A stretch of DNA of 64,000 bases from contig JAQFVV010000005.1 in NCBI GenBank assembly GCA_028023455.1, forward strand, positions 23,064,001 to 23,128,000, given 5' to 3'. The position numbers and the translations under genes are program-made. Position 1 is the first letter of the stretch. The number at the start of each line of letters is the position of its first letter. Under the pieces are notes generated by a model. It made no database searches and was not told where the DNA came from. It worked only from the letters and a program-made list of their open reading frames with translations. This document shows positions 1-13,641 of this stretch, in pieces. This stretch comes from Epiperipatus broadwayi. Taxonomy: Eukaryota; Animalia; Onychophora.

Positions 1-2739
1 TATATAAAATGCAAACTACCCATTAAAGGAAAAATTTTGTTAATCCTAATTGCCTAACCTTATGCCTTTAATGCAGACACCATCCATCGAAGGATTTAAA
101 CGTCAAGTTTGAATTCTGTCCATTATTACAATATAACCAAAAAATTAAAGATTATAAGGCAATGATATTAAATAAATAAAACTTAATAAGTAATTGTAAA
201 ATATATGATCAAACTTTAATATTGAATGTAATTTATTTGTAACAAAAATATACACAATTCGGAATTAAGTACTTCCCGAAAGAAGTAAATATATATATAT
301 ATTGGCTTTTGATCAAAATAGTATTTATTTATTTTTCAAAAACAAAAGTTCCCTTTTGATTAAATTATAAATAGGATATTAATTATTGCCTTAACAATTG
401 ATTATAAGACAATGAATCATAGAATATCACCTTTTTCATATTTTGGGTCTATCAAATATTTAATGACTTTCAAATGTATTTCTTTGTGAAACTAAATATT
501 GTGGGTGTATGCACATGTGTGTGTGTGTGTGTTTGGATGTAACAATAATAGTGAGTTAAAATAGGATAGATATGTGAAGCATTGAAATAAGATTGTATCT
601 CAGATGACATGAATACATGTCTTAAGCAGTAGACTGAACAGAGTATAAAAAAATTCCTATGAAAATCTCATTCTGAGTAGTTATTACTTTAAATGCCAAG
701 GGAATGCATAAAATATACATTATTTCAGATGCTGCTAAAAGAAATCATCAATTAATATCCATATTCAAAATACTATTAAAGATGAGTAATAGCTTAACAA
801 TTTTTGATTTGACATGCTCTAATAAATAAGCATATCAATGTACTGAGGAAGTACTAGTCTTTGCAAGTCATAAAGCAAGCACCTATGTCTTAGAAATGTG
901 AACACACATTACAAGAACTGTTTCCGTAAAAAGGGCATATCACATCTATAAATCTATAACTTTTATGAAAATGGCAAGCAAATCCAAATTCTTAATGGCA
1001 AATATCAACATAATCCACATTGGAAAGATTCAGTTTTCATAAATTTCTAAAATTTCACAACTAATTTTCACTAGTAATAATGTTTGTAAAATATTCATTT
1101 AACCAAGAAATTTGAGTAAATTACATTATGGATTGAGATTTTGTTTAAACACTTTTACATAAACCTCAAAGAAATTCCTTTTTATTACTGTTTGGTTTTT
1201 CAACTGCAAAATTAAATGATTAGTTGTATCTTAATAAAGTAATAATAATCAAATATATATGTCTGACTATAACAATATTTTTTTCTCACCTATATTTTAA
1301 ATAATCCTTAAAACAAGCAAATAAATAAAATTATGACAGAGTTCACTAAACAATATTGAAATTGCATTGAATTTTTTTCAAATATACTTTAAATCAGTTG
1401 ACATCTTATTAGAATAATAATAACAATCACATAAAAATTACATAGCATTTTAGATATACAAAGTATCAACAATAACTTCTTTCTTCCTATTGGGACGTCA
1501 GATAAAAGTAATCAAAAATACATATGTCATGGTACTTGAATTGTATTAGACTTTTTCTTTCTTCTCCATTGCATAGCTAAATTATAAATAAATTCTTTCA
1601 GGTTTGTAAATGATTTGAAGAAATACATTTTTAATACAGTTTCCAAATAATAATCTTCTAAAAAATTGTGTAGCCAATAATCTTGGGTAGAGAATAGAAG
1701 ATTTTACAAATAAACAGAGAATTTCTGCAAGATAAATAATTCAGCACATATAACAATTTATTGATTAGTGAAAGCTCGTTAATTAATTTCACTAATTATG
1801 AAGATATATTTATTTAATGAAATAATGAATAATAAACAAAATTTCAACTATTGGTAACAGAACAAATGGTTTACATGTTAATCTTTTACAAACAAAATAT
1901 AGAATGATAAAAGTGAATTTGATAGGCAGATATGAGTATAGAATTTTGATAAACTACATTTCACCAAATTACAACAGATTGGTGCTCTTCTATTGATTTA
2001 TTTAAATCTTTTTAGATTAATGTGATTTGCATATAACAACCAATTAGCTGTTGACACAATTTAATATATGATAAAGTGCACTAGTTAAAATAATGAGTAC
2101 ATAGTTTTCATTTATTTCTTCTTAATTTAACTTTAATATTTATTAAGATTTGTACAATTCGAATGGAGACGCAGATAGTGGACTATTTTTTTTGACAGAG
2201 GTATTAGTAACTTGATTAAAAAGAAGTGGGGTATTTGTTCTTTGGTACAACAATAAAGCAATAAAAAATTTGAAGTTTTGAAATTCAACAATTGACAAGG
2301 AAACTTAGGAATAATCAATGAGTTAAAACTTCAAATGAAATACACTTATTTGCTAACTATGATCACTTTAGATCTTTTTTTTTTGTTTTGAAGCATGGAA
2401 AGAAATATACAAATATGAAAAACAATATTATAATCTTTTTAAATCTATTAATTTAAATAATAATGATAAAGTTTTAAATGAGCTTGAATGATCTCTAGAT
2501 TAATGAATCTAGAATTGAGATGCTGACTTTTTCAATACTTGTGAGTTTTGAAGTAAATCAAGGCGTTAATCTGTATTTTTGATAGATGTACAGTTTGGAG
2601 GGCCTGTAAACTATCGAAGGTGTATTAGTTGTTAAATTAAAACAAAATTAATAAATCTCAATTGTTAAATTTAAAAAAAAAGAATAAATTCTGATAAATT
2701 TCATTAAGAAGCTTTATTTCAAATTTTTTTTACTTATAT

Positions 2740-3179
2740 CAGGGGTGGGCAAATAGCGGCCCAAGGGTCACATGCAACCCACTAAGAGGTTTTATGTGGC
2801 CCACCAAGACAATCAGAAAAATTCACCTTGAACTGAGATTTCCTTCTCATGCATCAATACACATGTGCAGTGTAGATACGTGTGCATTGCTTTTTCAGTT
2901 GATCTGGTTAATTTCAATTTTATCTTTGCATTAGCAAACATATACATTTCCAACTTCAGTGAAACCATGAACCCTCCGAAAAAATGTAAAATTGGTAATG
3001 AATATTGTGTGTTTAATGAAGAATGGACAAACAAATATTTCTTTGGTAATACAGGGAATAAAGTAGGGTGATTATTGTGTCATGAAAAAAAGGTGTGGCC
3101 CTCCGCTAAGTTTCGCTTCCATAAAGTGGTCCTCCGCCAACCTCTGTGGCCCCCGAGCCAAAACAATTGCCCACCCCTG
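2740..3179 (+). mobile_element. Non-autonomous hAT (Buster/Charlie/SPIN-type) deletion derivative, 440 bp
   Basis: TIRs CAGGGGTGGGCAA...TTGCCCACCCCTG; exact 8-bp TSD ACTTATAT (2732-2739 and 3180-3187) with central TA; internal remnant MNPPKKCKIGNEYCVFNEEWTNKYFF resembles the N-terminus of Buster/GTF2IRD2-type transposases. Confidence 0.9.
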
Positions 3180-3848
3180 ACTTATATTATAGTGTGGGAA
3201 ACAACGAGACACTTTTAACATTGTCGTACTTTGATTCAATTCAGCATGTTTTTTTTTTGTCAGCAGTTTTTTTTTGGTAAATTGTCATAATGATAAAAAT
3301 TTGAGACCTTCCTTTCACAGAATGTGATACAGTGAACTATTTTCAGAGGTACGGTATCCTGCTCTCATGAAAAATATGCGTTTATGAATCCTTAAAATGT
3401 GTTATCCAATTATTTGAATGTTTTCCCATGATGAAGCTCGTTAACCAAAAATTTGGCTGTGGATCTTATTAAAATTACTAATTATCTGGTGTCTATAGAT
3501 TACTCATGCTTCATAAATGGTGTAGAATAAAATGATTACTTGTGACAGAATTTAAATGTAGTTTATAAAATTCCCGTGATTTGTTTTGGTATTTTATATT
3601 TTATTAATTTTAACAACTTTGCAGCTTTTTAATATATAGCACCGAGGATATACAATATTTTTTTGTAAATAATAAGTTATAAGAAGTTATTTTATTAAAC
3701 TTGTAAACAACCTCCCTGTCTTGTACTAATCTACAAACCCCAAGATCTTATGGGCAGCAGAATAATCATTGATATTTTTTAGGTATGAAATGTTAATGTA
3801 GGCAGCAATCTTAGAAAAGTCTTGATCTAACTATCTTGCAATTGTCAA

Positions 3849-3945
3849 GTGTTGTTAGCCGAGAGGTTATCGCAAAGCAAGTAGTTGGTTGCAGGCGGGT
3901 ATGGGTTCGCGTCCTGGCCGATGCTATGACATATGAAAAAAAAAA
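3849..3945 (+). other. Degenerate tRNA-like sequence (probable tRNA-derived SINE head or tRNA pseudogene) followed by an A tract
   Basis: A-box-like TAGCCGAGAGGT (from 3856), B-box-like GGTTCGCGTCC (~3904-3914), wobble-rich acceptor-like pairing gtgttg/cgatgc; no clean anticodon arm. Confidence 0.45.
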
Positions 3946-5396
3946 AACTATCTTACAGTTCAAATGTATAAATTATTGTAAGGGAATGTTGTTTTGCAGA
4001 ATGGAGATGAAAGCGTTTGATAAATATTTAAATATACTTATTAATAGTTGTTTATTTCAATCTTATTTGATTGATTATTTATTTATTTATTAAGATGATG
4101 GTTTATGAATTCATACAGTTTTAATTATATATCTCAAATTATAGGGAAATGTGATCATCATCTTCCTCTTTTGTGATGATTTAAGGTAGTTCAAAATTTT
4201 CCTGATTCAAGAGATGCATTTGTTTTGATTTAACCATTGAGCTGCAAGTATGCTATTAAGCATTATCTTATGACATTGTTATTAATGAATTTCTGGCATA
4301 TAGATAGCCGTGTGATGCAGAAAAATTATGGTTAATGATGTTGTCAGGATAATTTTTAGAGTAAAATCCATATTTAAGAAATGTAGATTTTCTGAATAAA
4401 TATTTTAAATTCTTATTTATATCAAAAAGAATTGAGGTTAAATTAGTTCATATTGATTTGTGTAAGTAGAATAAGGTATTTGGGATTACCAGTTAACCAA
4501 GTTGCCAATCAGTTCTGTTATAAAGGGAAAATGCTGTATTAAAATGATTTTTTTTTTGAAGGAAAAGGATAACCAAAATTTTAAGATTTGCTAAGTGTAA
4601 CTCAAAAATAAAATTCAAAATTTAAAAGGAGTTATTAAAAGAATTATTGAATTCATGTCCGTTTTCAAGTCATTATTATATTAGTGCTGCAAATAACTTC
4701 TATATAAACTCATATGTATCTCAAGAGTGAAAAGCATCATGGTGGGCGTAGTGGTTTATTATTAGCTTGCTCACAAGTTGGACTTCTAGTTCAGACCAAT
4801 TGAACCTTAGCAATATTTTTCAAGCCATAAACACATTTTTTCTCACATAGCTGATTTTAGCAATCTAGCTAGCCACCCAAATATTGATTGGTAAATTAGT
4901 ATCTGTCATTAGCTAAAGGATAAAAGTCACTATATGGATATTGCTGTGTTAATTAAAAACACATCATGAATATAATATATTGTGTTTATTTCTTTAAGAC
5001 AAAAAATGAAAATTAAACTTTTAAAGTTTTTTCAGTGATGAACTTAACAGAATTATTATTTCAAAAGGTTTTCTCTCTTTTAAATTTTCCATTATTGATT
5101 TATAATTTTTGACATTCTAAGGCAATTTCTCCCAATAATATTTTTGTTTTAAGTATATTTTAAGAATAATTATCATTATTATCAAGTTTCTTCAAGTTTA
5201 ATCCAATTTCTCCTATTTCTATCCTTTCTTCTCCATATCGCACCAACAAATTTATTTATTTAATTCATCTATCTCAATGTGGTCTCTTTTTAGGTCATTT
5301 ACAATTTTTTGGAATCCAGCTTAAGATTTTAATTGTCCATTTATTATCATCTCTTTCAGCAATGTGTCCAGCCCAGCTTCATCTTACTCTCTTAAT

Positions 5397-5977
5397 TCTT
5401 TTTTATAGATTAGACAACTTCCATATTTCTTCATTCTTTTTTTATTTCATAAATAATTTCATATAAATAAAGATACAATAAAAGACAAATAACCCCAAGA
5501 TGCATTTCGTGCTGAACCAGTACTCACCAGTTGGGCCAGGTCATCATCTCTCATACATATCTTTATTACATGAAGAGTATTTATGTAGAGCAAATTGTCT
5601 CATTTTTATTTTCAAGCATCAATTTACTCCATTCCCAACTTTTCCGTTATCAACTTTCTGATAAATACGTAATGATTATTACTAATCATTATTAAACCAG
5701 AGATTTTCTCTAGCACAAATATAAACTTTAATCCAAGTTAAAGATTAATATATCTGATTTTCAGCACACACATGGCTAGTTATGTTTCTCTTTCTTCCAT
5801 ACGTAATATCTTTTTTATAGATTAGACAACTTCCATATTTCCCCATTCTTTTTTATTTCATAAATAATTTCATATGAATAAAGATACCATAAAAGACAAA
5901 TAACCCCCAAGATGCATTTCATGCTGAACCAGCACTCATCAGTTGGTCCAGGTCATTATCTCTCATATATATCTTTA
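5397..5977 (-). mobile_element. Penelope-like 3'-end partial tandem (pLTR-internal-pLTR), ~168-bp direct repeats at 412-bp period
   Basis: Direct repeats 5397-5565 and 5809-5977, each with a hammerhead motif on the minus strand; the internal part gives a degenerate GIY-YIG-C-terminus-like peptide. Confidence 0.75.
5906..5947 (-). ncRNA. Minimal type-I hammerhead ribozyme (family D), intact core
   Basis: Minus strand: ccaa CUGAUGA GUGCUG-guu-CAGCAU GAAA UGCA UC uugg; palindromic stem III AUGCAU; predicted AUC cleavage site. The sister copy at 5494-5535 has a CUGGUGA core mutation. Confidence 0.8.
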
Positions 5978-6549
5978 GCAATGCCACTAACAGCTGTTTG
6001 TTCTCTTATCCATGTATTTCATTTTCGATCTCTTCTTGTTACTCCTACCATGCATCTCCCCATACTTTTTTGAGTGGTGAGAAGTCTCCATATTGCTCTT
6101 ATGTTACATCTCGAAGTCTTAGATCCATAAGTAAGATCTGGTATAACACATTTATTAAAAACATTCTTTTCAAACACATAGGCATATTTTCTTTTAATAT
6201 TAAGTTATTTCTACTAAAAGCACTCCAACCAAGGTTTAATTCAATGATTAATTTCATCCATTATGTTTCCATCTGTATTAATAATCTGACCAAGATATGT
6301 ATAATTATTAACTTCTTTTAATGGATCATTATCAATTTTTATTTTATGTTTTTTTATGAAAATTCATTGAACATTACTTTTGTCTTTTTAGCATTTTATT
6401 TTTAGTTTACTTTTTTATTTTTATCTAATAACTCTTGCAACATTTTTAAAGCTCTAAAACAATTTCATCATCTGTAAAATCTAGATGATTTAAATAATAT
6501 TCATTTACTTTATTCCTTAACTTATCATTTTAATCCACAAAATACTTTT

Positions 6550-8180
6550 TTTAAAAACTGCTGTGAAAGGTTTTGGAGATGTGGAATCACCTATAGTTTA
6601 AAACTACTACATCTTTAATCTATGCATTCGACGCTGGATCACGGACTATGTCTCTTAAAACGTTTTTACCAGATTTGGATGGCTCATACATTTGTCACAA
6701 CGTTATTCATTGCAGTTTTGTGCTTGCATTTTAGACCTGAGATTTGACTTGAGCACACTATAGGGAATTGTTTTAGACTGTATCTGAACATTTGATTTCA
6801 AGTGTGGCTTGATTATTCAACCTTGCATTCTATATTAAATGTTTTTTTTCTATCTTGAATGCTGAACTGTACAAATCGATAATTTTAACATTTGACTATA
6901 TGGATTAGTGCTTCTGGATTTCATAGGTTATCAGGGTGCTGAAACATGGTGGGGACTATTCAATATGCGATCTTAATGGATACATTACTCTATGTACATC
7001 TTTGATTGTTCTATAGGTCTAGAATTATATTGTGGTATAACACATAATGCAAGCATCTGGTTACTACATATACATTAAAGTTCTTGATTTTGGAAAGTAA
7101 TGATGAATTTTTTATGCAAGGCATTGGAAATTCTGGAGATTTGCACTGTGATTTTAAATTTAGCAATTATTATGAGATTGGATTGTTAACAGTTGTACCT
7201 CATCGTATGGATTATGCTTCTAGTTTTATCATTTGATTTTTACCAATAGTTATGACCTCATGTTGTCTGGAGGCTGAAACATGATGGACAAAACTAAAGT
7301 TCCCAAAGAGTTCAACTGTGATTTGAACATTGGATTGGGGCTACTGTGTCACTCATCTTTGCAGTCTTGAGGACTGAGTCTGTTGCTTGGAGAGCTCCCA
7401 GGGCTTGCTTCCTGGTCTTGGAGGGGGTCTGGGATGTGGGTGTATTGGGTTCTAGTATGGGCTTCAGATGAGAGTCTGGAACTTGGGAAGATTCCTGGGG
7501 CCTGAACTCTGGTGTTTACAGGGGGGAGGCTGGGATGTGAGTGCTATGGAGATTAGTATGGGTTTCATCTTTTTCATCTTCGGAGCAATGGAGATGACGT
7601 GATGCATTGTGGTTTTAATCTTTTTGTTCTCTATATGATTCATAGGTTGGTTATTAGACTATGTGATAATCTGTAGATGGCATATGATGTAAGCATGTGA
7701 GATTTACATTTTTGATTAGTGCTTGTCTTGGCTGTGAAGATGAGAGAATCTCATGCTTGGGTGACTCAAGCCAGAGAGTTCTACTATGGTTTAAACTTCA
7801 AATCAGGGCTGCTGTGTCACTCATCTCTGCCATCTGGATGGTAGGATCTGGTGCTTGGAAGGTCTCACAAGCCTGAGTTTTGGAGGGGATCTGGGTGCTG
7901 TGGGGATTAGTAAGGGCATTGGGTGAGAGAGTCTGAGCTTTGGAAATACCCCAAGGCCTCGTTCCTATTCCTTAGTGGGGGGGGGGCTGGGACATGGGTG
8001 CTGCAGGGATTAGTATGGGTTTTCACTTTCTCATCTTCTGGATGGTGGAGATGATGTGATTTTTGGTAGCTGTGATCTATCTAGTTGCCATTAAGGTCAG
8101 GGGTTACTTAATAAACTATGAGAGAAGCTATGAATGGCAGGATATATGCATATACAATTCAAGGTTTTTCTGTTCACTTG
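6550..8180 (-). mobile_element. Possible decayed LINE 5' region (low-complexity ORF1 tail plus AP-endonuclease start) containing two ~265-bp G-rich direct repeats (7338-7605, 7806-8062)
   Basis: The repeats are directly visible (period 468); minus-strand peptides faintly resemble APE motifs (TFNI.., IVC.., GD..), heavily interrupted. Confidence 0.3.
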
Positions 8181-9866
8181 ATAAATCAATATCACTACAT
8201 ATAACATCTAAATTCAAAGATTACTATTGTTAATAAATCATATTTTGAGAAAAAACAACAACAACTTAAGTTTATATAACAACAGAGCTAAAAGATAGAT
8301 TGATATTCTGTCTATTCGTAGTTATTGACTTTTTATATAACTTGATGAGAAGTACAGTGACTTCCATTGCATTTAGTATAACTATGTAATTTAATTATGA
8401 TTGTTGCATTTAATATTCTTCAAAATATAACCATAGCTTAGATCTATACCTTGATGATTCAATACTTGAATCACCGTGTTTATAGAATTAAATGTCTTTT
8501 CATAATCCACAAATCTAAAATATAATGGCAACTCATATTCATTGGTCCTCCATAATTTCTCTCAATATTTGAGTGTGATCCACTGTGCTGAAATTACTTT
8601 TAAATCCTGCTTGTTTTTTTTGGTCGGTCAGAATCCAAAATATGTAATATTGTATAATTAGTAAAACTAAAGTTATTATTAATTAATGGGTTTTTTAGTT
8701 TTTTCAATGAGCTGCAATTTAGTTGAAACTGGTAAATGAAAACATTATTGGGAAAAATGTAATAAAATGCTGAAATAATACTGCATAATTGTTTTTCATA
8801 TAAAAGCATTGTGTGTGTGTGCGTGTATTTAGCATTTCTAGTCCTAATAAAAAAGGATATTTTTTTTTTCATATTCATTTTACAATTTAAAAAGTTAATG
8901 TTGTTACCCATTTTAAATATCTATTCATAGTTCTATTGCGCGCGTGCGTGTATTATCTTGTGAATATGCATTTTCATTATTATTCAAAGAACTTGATTTT
9001 TTAAAATAAATAAATAATCTTGTTAATTGTCATAAATTCAGGTGTGTCTATTTTTGTAAAATAAATTTTATTTTATACTGTGAGTTAAAGAATGTGTTAA
9101 GGTTGGGATTTCCATTCTTAGCATTTATCATCAATCCATATATTTCCCATTTACAAAATACCATATATATTATGATAATTAGCTGATTGTGTATGTAGAT
9201 TTAAAAAAGAAAATTTTGACACGGTTGAGAAATAAAATTTTATTTGGTTATATTTTAACTTTATATTAAGTATTTTCTTTAAACAATATATTTAAATATT
9301 TATAACTCAAACAAGAAAGCAAGATGTTTTAATTAAGTCTCTGTTAAATTCAAATAAAAGAATATATTTGACAGATTATCGAATAAACTAATTAATGAGT
9401 TTAGAAAACAAAAATATTATGTAAGAAATATCTGGAGAAAAACATCTTTTGTTTTACAAAATGCGAAAATTGTTTTCAGTTAATGTCAATGGTTTCTAAT
9501 TAATATCAAGCTAGCTAAGCCAAGCCATTCTGCCTATTGAAGATGATAAGCCAAAGCCATTCAAAGCTAGAGATACAAAAAACTTGAACTGGTTTAGTTG
9601 CCATGCATAGGATAATTATCTCATTACCATACTTTTGTTGAGGATTAATCAAGCCATGGACTATCAGTTATATGTGCTTGAATATTATCGAAGTTATGTG
9701 GGCAAATACTTAAGCCAAATTAAGATTGAATACTAAGAAAATCCATAATATCAGAAATAAATCATATCTCTACAGATTTTGTGAAAAGGACAATTTATTT
9801 TGGTAAATTTGATATCGCATTGTTTAGAATTACAAGTTTATTTAGATCTGCCATTCTAATATTTAA

Positions 9867-10104
9867 TAGAACAATATTGCTAGAAGAGATGATAATAGAT
9901 GGACAATTGAAATTTTAAACTGGATTCCAAGAGATTGTAAAAGACCCAGAAAGAGACCACATGTGAGATGGATGGATGAAATAAGAAAGTGTGCAGGGGT
10001 GATGTGGAGAAGAGAAGCTAAAGATCGGAAAAGATGGATTGAACTTGGAGAGACCTTCATCCTGCATTGGATTGATAATGGTTGATCATGATGATGATGA
10101 TGAT
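9867..10104 (+). mobile_element. 5'-truncated RTE 3' end with (GAT)n tail
   Basis: About 7 mismatches over ~200 nt against 42450-42655; ends in gatgatgatgatgat. Confidence 0.9.
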
Positions 10105-11174
10105 ATTTTAACTTCTAATCAATAAATTTGAAAATTTTAGTTTTTTTTTTTTAAGTTACTTTATTAATTGTTGATTTTAAGATGTTTTTCTTTTAATTTT
10201 ATTCTAGCATGCATATATATATATGAAACAATATTACATGTGTATTCAAATACATATCAGTTTTAAAAAGAAATCATTTTGTTTGCAATTATTTAAAGTA
10301 AAAGAGTAATGACGAAAAGGGTGGGGGATATTTAAACTAAAAACCCTGTATAAACTTATTCTTGTTTACATTATCTAAGCAGTAAACAATTTCTTTTATT
10401 TATATCGAAATAATTTATTATTGCATGGGTTTGTTAATTATTCCTCATAATGTCTGTTAATTGTTTGTTAGTTTATTAAATTGTATATATCTTATAATAA
10501 TTTTTTGATCAACTCGAGTTAGTTCCCGACATATATACACAAGGTTTCATGTAGAAAAGCATACCAATTTATTGCTATTTATTTATATATGTTGACGTAC
10601 ATAATAATATATATATCACAGTTTTTTTTAGATGTGTTTGCAATAACTATTGCAACAATGAAAATTTATTAGAATTAATGATAATTAATTATTAGAAGAC
10701 TTCATGGAAAAGATTACTTTAGTACGATTGTTATTTGTCAGTGCACAAAATTCTTTCAGGGTGAAAAGTGGCTCATATTTTCAGCAGTTGTTGGCATCAT
10801 TCTCTGATAAAAATGAGGTCTAAAGTTAAAGAATAAAAAAATTGAAATCTATTACCTACGAGAGATTTCTTTGAAGAAATATAAGATTGAAAGACGTGTA
10901 TTGTTGTTTAGAATAAAATGAAATATTAGAACTTTTTGATCTGAGCTGGTACTTATACAAATCGCTAAGAACTGTTAAGGTTGTTGCTACTCTCAGAAAT
11001 AGATTGGTGGTTTTTCCAGAGTTAATGGGAAATTAAGAATTCACCTGTCTTGAATGATGCAAGTCACTTTCGATATAATTTCTGTCAAATTGGCTCTTTT
11101 ATAAAGATAAGATTTAGCATTGTTTTCTTTTGCTGATTTTAATTGTGTATTTTTGTGATTATTTTAGTATTACC

Positions 11175-11376
11175 CAGAGGCAAAACTCTCCATACAGTAG
11201 CGCCTTTCAGTGTAAGTCACAGTAATCAATGGTTGCAGGAAGGTTTGTGCATAAAATCCCTATCTAGTGCCTACTCATCCAATATCCCCAAACTAGTTTG
11301 TAGCTGTGTGGAGAATTTTGCCTCTGTGAAAAACAGTTGTGTAAGCGTAAAGAATGGTGATCATGTGATATTATAG
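11175..11376. mobile_element. Collapsed PLE family-A fold-back element (terminal inverted repeats plus one-sided tail)
   Basis: CAGAGGCAAAACTCTCCA (11175) / TGGAGAATTTTGCCTCTG (11326); body matches 59591-59720 and 50524-50650; a further decayed family-A relic lies at ~11750-11875. Confidence 0.75.
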
Positions 11377-11950
11377 AATTAATTTAATTTTTTCAAATCT
11401 AAAATTTATTTCTGAAATTAGGGATGTTTTTGAGAAAGATGTAGCTCATTTGATAATGTTAGTGAACGCTATGCAAATGTAGCAATCCCAAACATTACAT
11501 GCCCAAAATATTTTCTGGACAAAAAGTTACCACTAATTTAATTAATTTCATGCCACTTTTTGTATAGAAGGGGTTTTTTTTTACCATAAAGTTTATTTAT
11601 CAGTCTTGTTGCATATTATTTACTTTAACATATAAATATTATTTTTGACAAACTTAATTTTCTTTAGATTACTATTAAAGAATTATGATTGGAAGACAAT
11701 GGCAGATTATCTGTGATGATGCTTTGATCTCAGGAGGCTGAGTTGTTATATACATATCCCCAACTATCTTCATCAGTAAAGCATTTGAATCTCATACTGA
11801 TATAGCATTCAACCTCTGCTTCTCTCCAACCCAAAGCTATAAATCAGAAACTAGTCTGAATATGGGTGTGATGTAAAATGACTTCTTAAATAAAGTCAAA
11901 TTTCTGTGCTTAGGTTATATGCCAGGAAACCCTGTTAGTCAAATTAAACA

Positions 11951-13109
11951 GTTGTTTTACAATAGCGTGTTGAAACCACCAGAGGGCGTGGTTTGTTTGT
12001 AAACAAAGACCCAAATACCAAATTTTTTAAACACAAAAAAAAAATGCATAAAAAAACCAAAAAATGAATTTACAATTTTAATGTTTTTTATTCTTTTCAT
12101 TACTTATATTTTCGGGCCGGAGTTTTTTTTCTATGTATTTTTTTTTTTTGTTTATCACATTTAAAAGTACTATCAAATCAATTTTTAATACAAAAAAATA
12201 CATCAATTAAAAATGAATTTTAAAAAGTAGTTACTTTTTATTCTTCTCATTACTTATATTTTCGGTTAGGTATTCTACAACAAAAATCAGCTTCTTATTT
12301 TTTTGTTTGTTTTATTTTTATAAATTACAAAGAAATCTATTTCCATTTAACGGTAACATTTACAACCCAAAGTCAAACTTTGGGAGAGGGGGGGTGTTTA
12401 CAATTCATAACAGAACGGAACGCAACTCGAAGGTTGAGAAAGTTTTTACGGTAATTACCAAAAACATAAATTAAAATCAACTTTTTGGGCTCTTCAGGAA
12501 CAGCACGCATGCAGCTTCAAGCTCTTTTGTTTGATAACCCTTCCAGCAGTCAGAGAATTCTTTGACATTCGGAAACTTTCCTATTTCAGCCATTTGATTA
12601 AGCTCGCAGTTGTTCTTGCAGAAACATGACTTAGAGCGTGATTTGATCCCAATCGCGCTTGCACCTACACTTGCCCAATTTTTTGATTAGGAAATGTGGG
12701 CTAGGGAAGCATGAGACTATGCTCATAATTGTTAGTAGACATTCCTAAAACATGGGAGATAGAGGGGGAGGGGTCTTAATGAATAGTAAAATAGTTTTGA
12801 CAATCGGAATTCCAGCCACCCTCACATAAAACTGTAGCCAAAAGTGAAATGTGATCGCACATCAAAAATGTTTAGCCCAAATCTGAGCTGTAAGCTGACA
12901 CGATAGCTTCTGCGGCAGATTAAATGTCATGTTTCTGTGCATTAGCATAGAAATAGACACAGCAGCCACCCCATACAATGGACTATTTCTAGGCTTACAC
13001 ATTAGAAATAGAACATTCGCTAGCGGAGGCCGCCTAAATGGCATATTTCTGTGCGCTATCATAGAAATAACACCCTCTGGTGGTTTCAACACGCTATTAT
13101 AAAACAACC
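11951..13109. mobile_element. Non-autonomous MULE-like DNA transposon, 1159 bp
   Basis: ~40-bp TIRs (GTTGTTTTA(C/T)AATAGCGTGTTGAAACCACCAGAGGG); exact 9-bp TSD AATTAAACA (11942-11950 and 13110-13118); subterminal atttct...agaaata hairpins; no transposase. Confidence 0.85.
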
Positions 13110-13641
13110 AATTAAACATCCTCCCCCTCCAAAATCTAATAATCTCATCTATTTCTTACTTTTTTATTATCCAATTATTTCCTTAATTGTGGTTCACTCA
13201 TTTTTTCTCTCCTATCCCATCGTAATAAAAGCAGTTTTTATAATTTGCACTATCTTGTTGTTTTATCCAAAGATCTAAAAAAATCATAAAAATTTCTTTT
13301 TGCTGCCTTTTATATTTCTTCTGCTATCCATACAATTTATCTTGCTCCTCTTCAATGGCCAAAATAATTGTTCAATATTCTCTTCCATATTTGCATAAAA
13401 TACATCTTTAATTGAAATCTTTATTCCATTGTTGTCACTTTTTCATGGTGTCTGTTTGCCTTTGCACCAAATAACAATAAGCCTTTGGTGTTATTGTATA
13501 TCCTTTCATATTTTATATAATTTAATTTTTATTCTTATGTAACTCTAAATTTCTTTATTTCTATTTATTTACATGTTTCTTTTTCTCAAACCTTCTTAAT
13601 CTTTTTCTATTCTAATTCCTCATAATTAGGTACCTTGTAAC

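Larger units (their letters stand above)
5168..6480 (-). mobile_element. Old RTE LINE 3' fragment (5168-5396 and 5978-6480), interrupted by a PLE fragment
   Basis: Reverse complement aligns by eye to the 3' part of the RTE at 42000-42660 (..WSWAGHIAERDDNKWTIKIL..); the two halves join in register across 5397-5977. Confidence 0.8.
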
